This document shows positions 51,304-53,160 of a stretch of 53,160 bases of DNA, one piece after another. Location: assembly GCF_006345805.1 (NCBI RefSeq), contig NW_021833998.1, positions 1-53,160 on the forward strand, written 5' to 3'. The notes under the pieces are model-generated. The model was not told the origin of the DNA, did no database searches, and saw only the letters and a program-made list of their open reading frames with translations. How positions within the stretch are numbered: position 1 is the stretch's first letter; every line of letters starts with the position of its first letter. Origin of the DNA: Octopus sinensis. Lineage: Eukaryota. Position numbers and translations under genes: made by a program.

Positions 51304-52200
51304 ATAACGATATTTCTGCTTCAGCAACTCAACGCTGAATTTGTACGAAATGTAATGGAAGATGGGTCAGTTTAAAAACATTGATGCCCAGGTCACAAAA
51401 GCAAAGTTTGAAGAGAATTGTAGTCGTTTCGTTTGATTTCTAGATAGAAGCGAATAGGAAATAACACTTACTGACCAGAGACAAAAAGTATATTAATAAA
51501 TAAATAAAATTGTTACGCATTGTAATCGTACATATTAACTAATTATTGTAAGGGATTTTTTTTTTTTTTTCATATTTAGCATTTTGATATGAATACGTTA
51601 TGTGGTTGTGGGAAAAATGCGACTGCCGAATTAAATACTGAAGAAAGAGAATAATCTAAACCTGTTCGTCTATGGCGCGACCTCACACTTTAGAAAACCT
51701 ACATAGCCAAGTTTCGCACCTGCAAGATGTCGTCTATCTAAGAGGATTTTATAGAAGCTAGAGTTAAATTTGCTTCAGGCGGAGTTCAGATTTATTGATT
51801 ATTATAAATAAAATACACTGTAAATATACGTAGCACCTACACGGCTTCAAACAAAAATGCTAGGAATGTCTCAGCACACACATACATACACACGACATAA
51901 ATACATACATAGTTACATATATACAAATACACACACATACACGCATGCACACAGAAGGATATTAATGGACATTGAATTGCCTGTATGTTACTCTCTTCAA
52001 ACTAATTAATCCCTAATGTCATGTAAATACTAACACAAGAAATGGAAAGATGCAGTTATTGCTGCCATATGCGCGGGATACTGCAATTAAGAAATGTCCA
52101 ACTTTCAAAATTTTGCAAGACGGTTTGTAAATAAAATTTGGATGGAATTGGGAGCCTCTGGCTGGAATGTTTCAACTGTATGAAAGAGGACAAAAATTCT

Positions 52201-52615
52201 TATTTCTCTATTCCCCACAAGAGACTAAACATAGAGGGGACAAACAAGGACAGACAAAGGGATTAGGTCGATTACATTGACCCCAGTGCGTAACTGGTAC
52301 TTTATTTATCGACCCCGAAAGGATGAAAGGCAAAATCGACCTCGGCGGAATTTGAACTCAGAACGTAGCGGCAGACGAAATACCTATTTCTTTACTACCC
52401 ACAAGGGGCTAAACACAGAGAGGACAAACAAGGACAGACAAACGGATTAAGTCGATTATATCGACCCCAGTGCGTAACTGGTACTTACTTAATCGACCCC
52501 GAAAGGATGAAAAGCAAAGTCGACCTCGGCGGAATTTGAACTCAGAACGTAACGGCAGACGAAATGCCGCTAAGAATTTCGCCCGGCGTGCTAACGATTC
52601 TGCCAGCTTGCCGCC
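52201..52615 (-). mobile_element. SINE family A dimer
   Basis: Perfect 18-bp TSD aaagaggacaaaaattct at 52183-52200 and 52618-52635; junction gacgaaatacctatttc near 52375-52390. Confidence 0.95.
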
Positions 52616-52729
52616 TTAAAGAGGACAAAAATTCTAACCGTTCGGTAACCATAAGGATACACGCACACACATACGCACGTTTCGGTACAATTGCTGTACT
52701 TCTATTACATATTACACTTCTAATTATTA

Positions 52730-52890
52730 TTGATGTGCTGGTAGAATCGTTAGAGCATCGGACAAAATGCCTGGCGATATTTCCTCCTTGTCATTATGCA
52801 CTGAGTTGAAATTCCATCGGAGTCAGTTCTACCTTTCATTCCTCCGAGGCCGACAACATAAAGTACTAATCAAGTATTGAAGTCGATGTG
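52730..52890 (+). mobile_element. degenerate SINE family A
   Basis: ctggtagaatcgttag...ctgagttgaaattcc...cctttcatt...aagtacta. Confidence 0.65.
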
Positions 52891-53028
52891 GCAAAAATAG
52901 AAAGAATTTTTATTATCGTCATCATCATCATCAGTAGCAGTAGTAGTAGTAGTAGCTGTAGTAGTAGCAGCAGCAGCACCTCATAAGTTTAAGCAATGCT
53001 ATTGACAATAACCTATTACGTTTCACTA

Positions 53029-53160
53029 GTGGAGGCGCAATGGCCCAGTGGTTAGGGCAGCGGACTCGCGGTTATAGGATCGCGGTTTCGATTCCCAGAC
53101 CGGGCGTTATGAGTGTTTATTGAGCGAAAACACCTAAAGCTCCACGAGGCTCCGGCGGGG
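53029..53160 (+). mobile_element. SINE family C, cut by window end
   Basis: Matches 18565-18696. Confidence 0.92.

Overview
AT-rich, repeat-dense eukaryotic non-coding DNA (intronic or intergenic). The SINE families and huge (TATG/CATA)n, (CA)n and (TA)n arrays look like those of Octopus; this species call is inference from memory, not a search. No intact protein-coding gene is supported: nearly all listed ORFs are microsatellite translations or TE relics. Recognisable content: three tRNA-headed SINE families (called A, B, C here; many with target-site duplications), decayed DD34D mariner, DD37D maT and Tc1 transposons, RTE, R4/Dong and ORF1-type LINE relics, a non-autonomous Helitron and several MITEs. 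Best leads: (1) dispersed minimal type-I hammerhead ribozyme motifs in Penelope-like relics, one with a CUGUCGA core, plus a 190-bp fold-back centred on a hammerhead stem II; (2) SINE A concatemers (1, 2 or 3 units) and a C/A chimera all joined at the same internal site; (3) a hairpin-dense ~500-nt element with covarying relatives and a separate hairpin cluster at 34.0-34.3 kb; (4) an R4-like LINE 3' end inside a (CATA)n array; (5) a locally templated insertion. No clearly new multi-gene system is evident.
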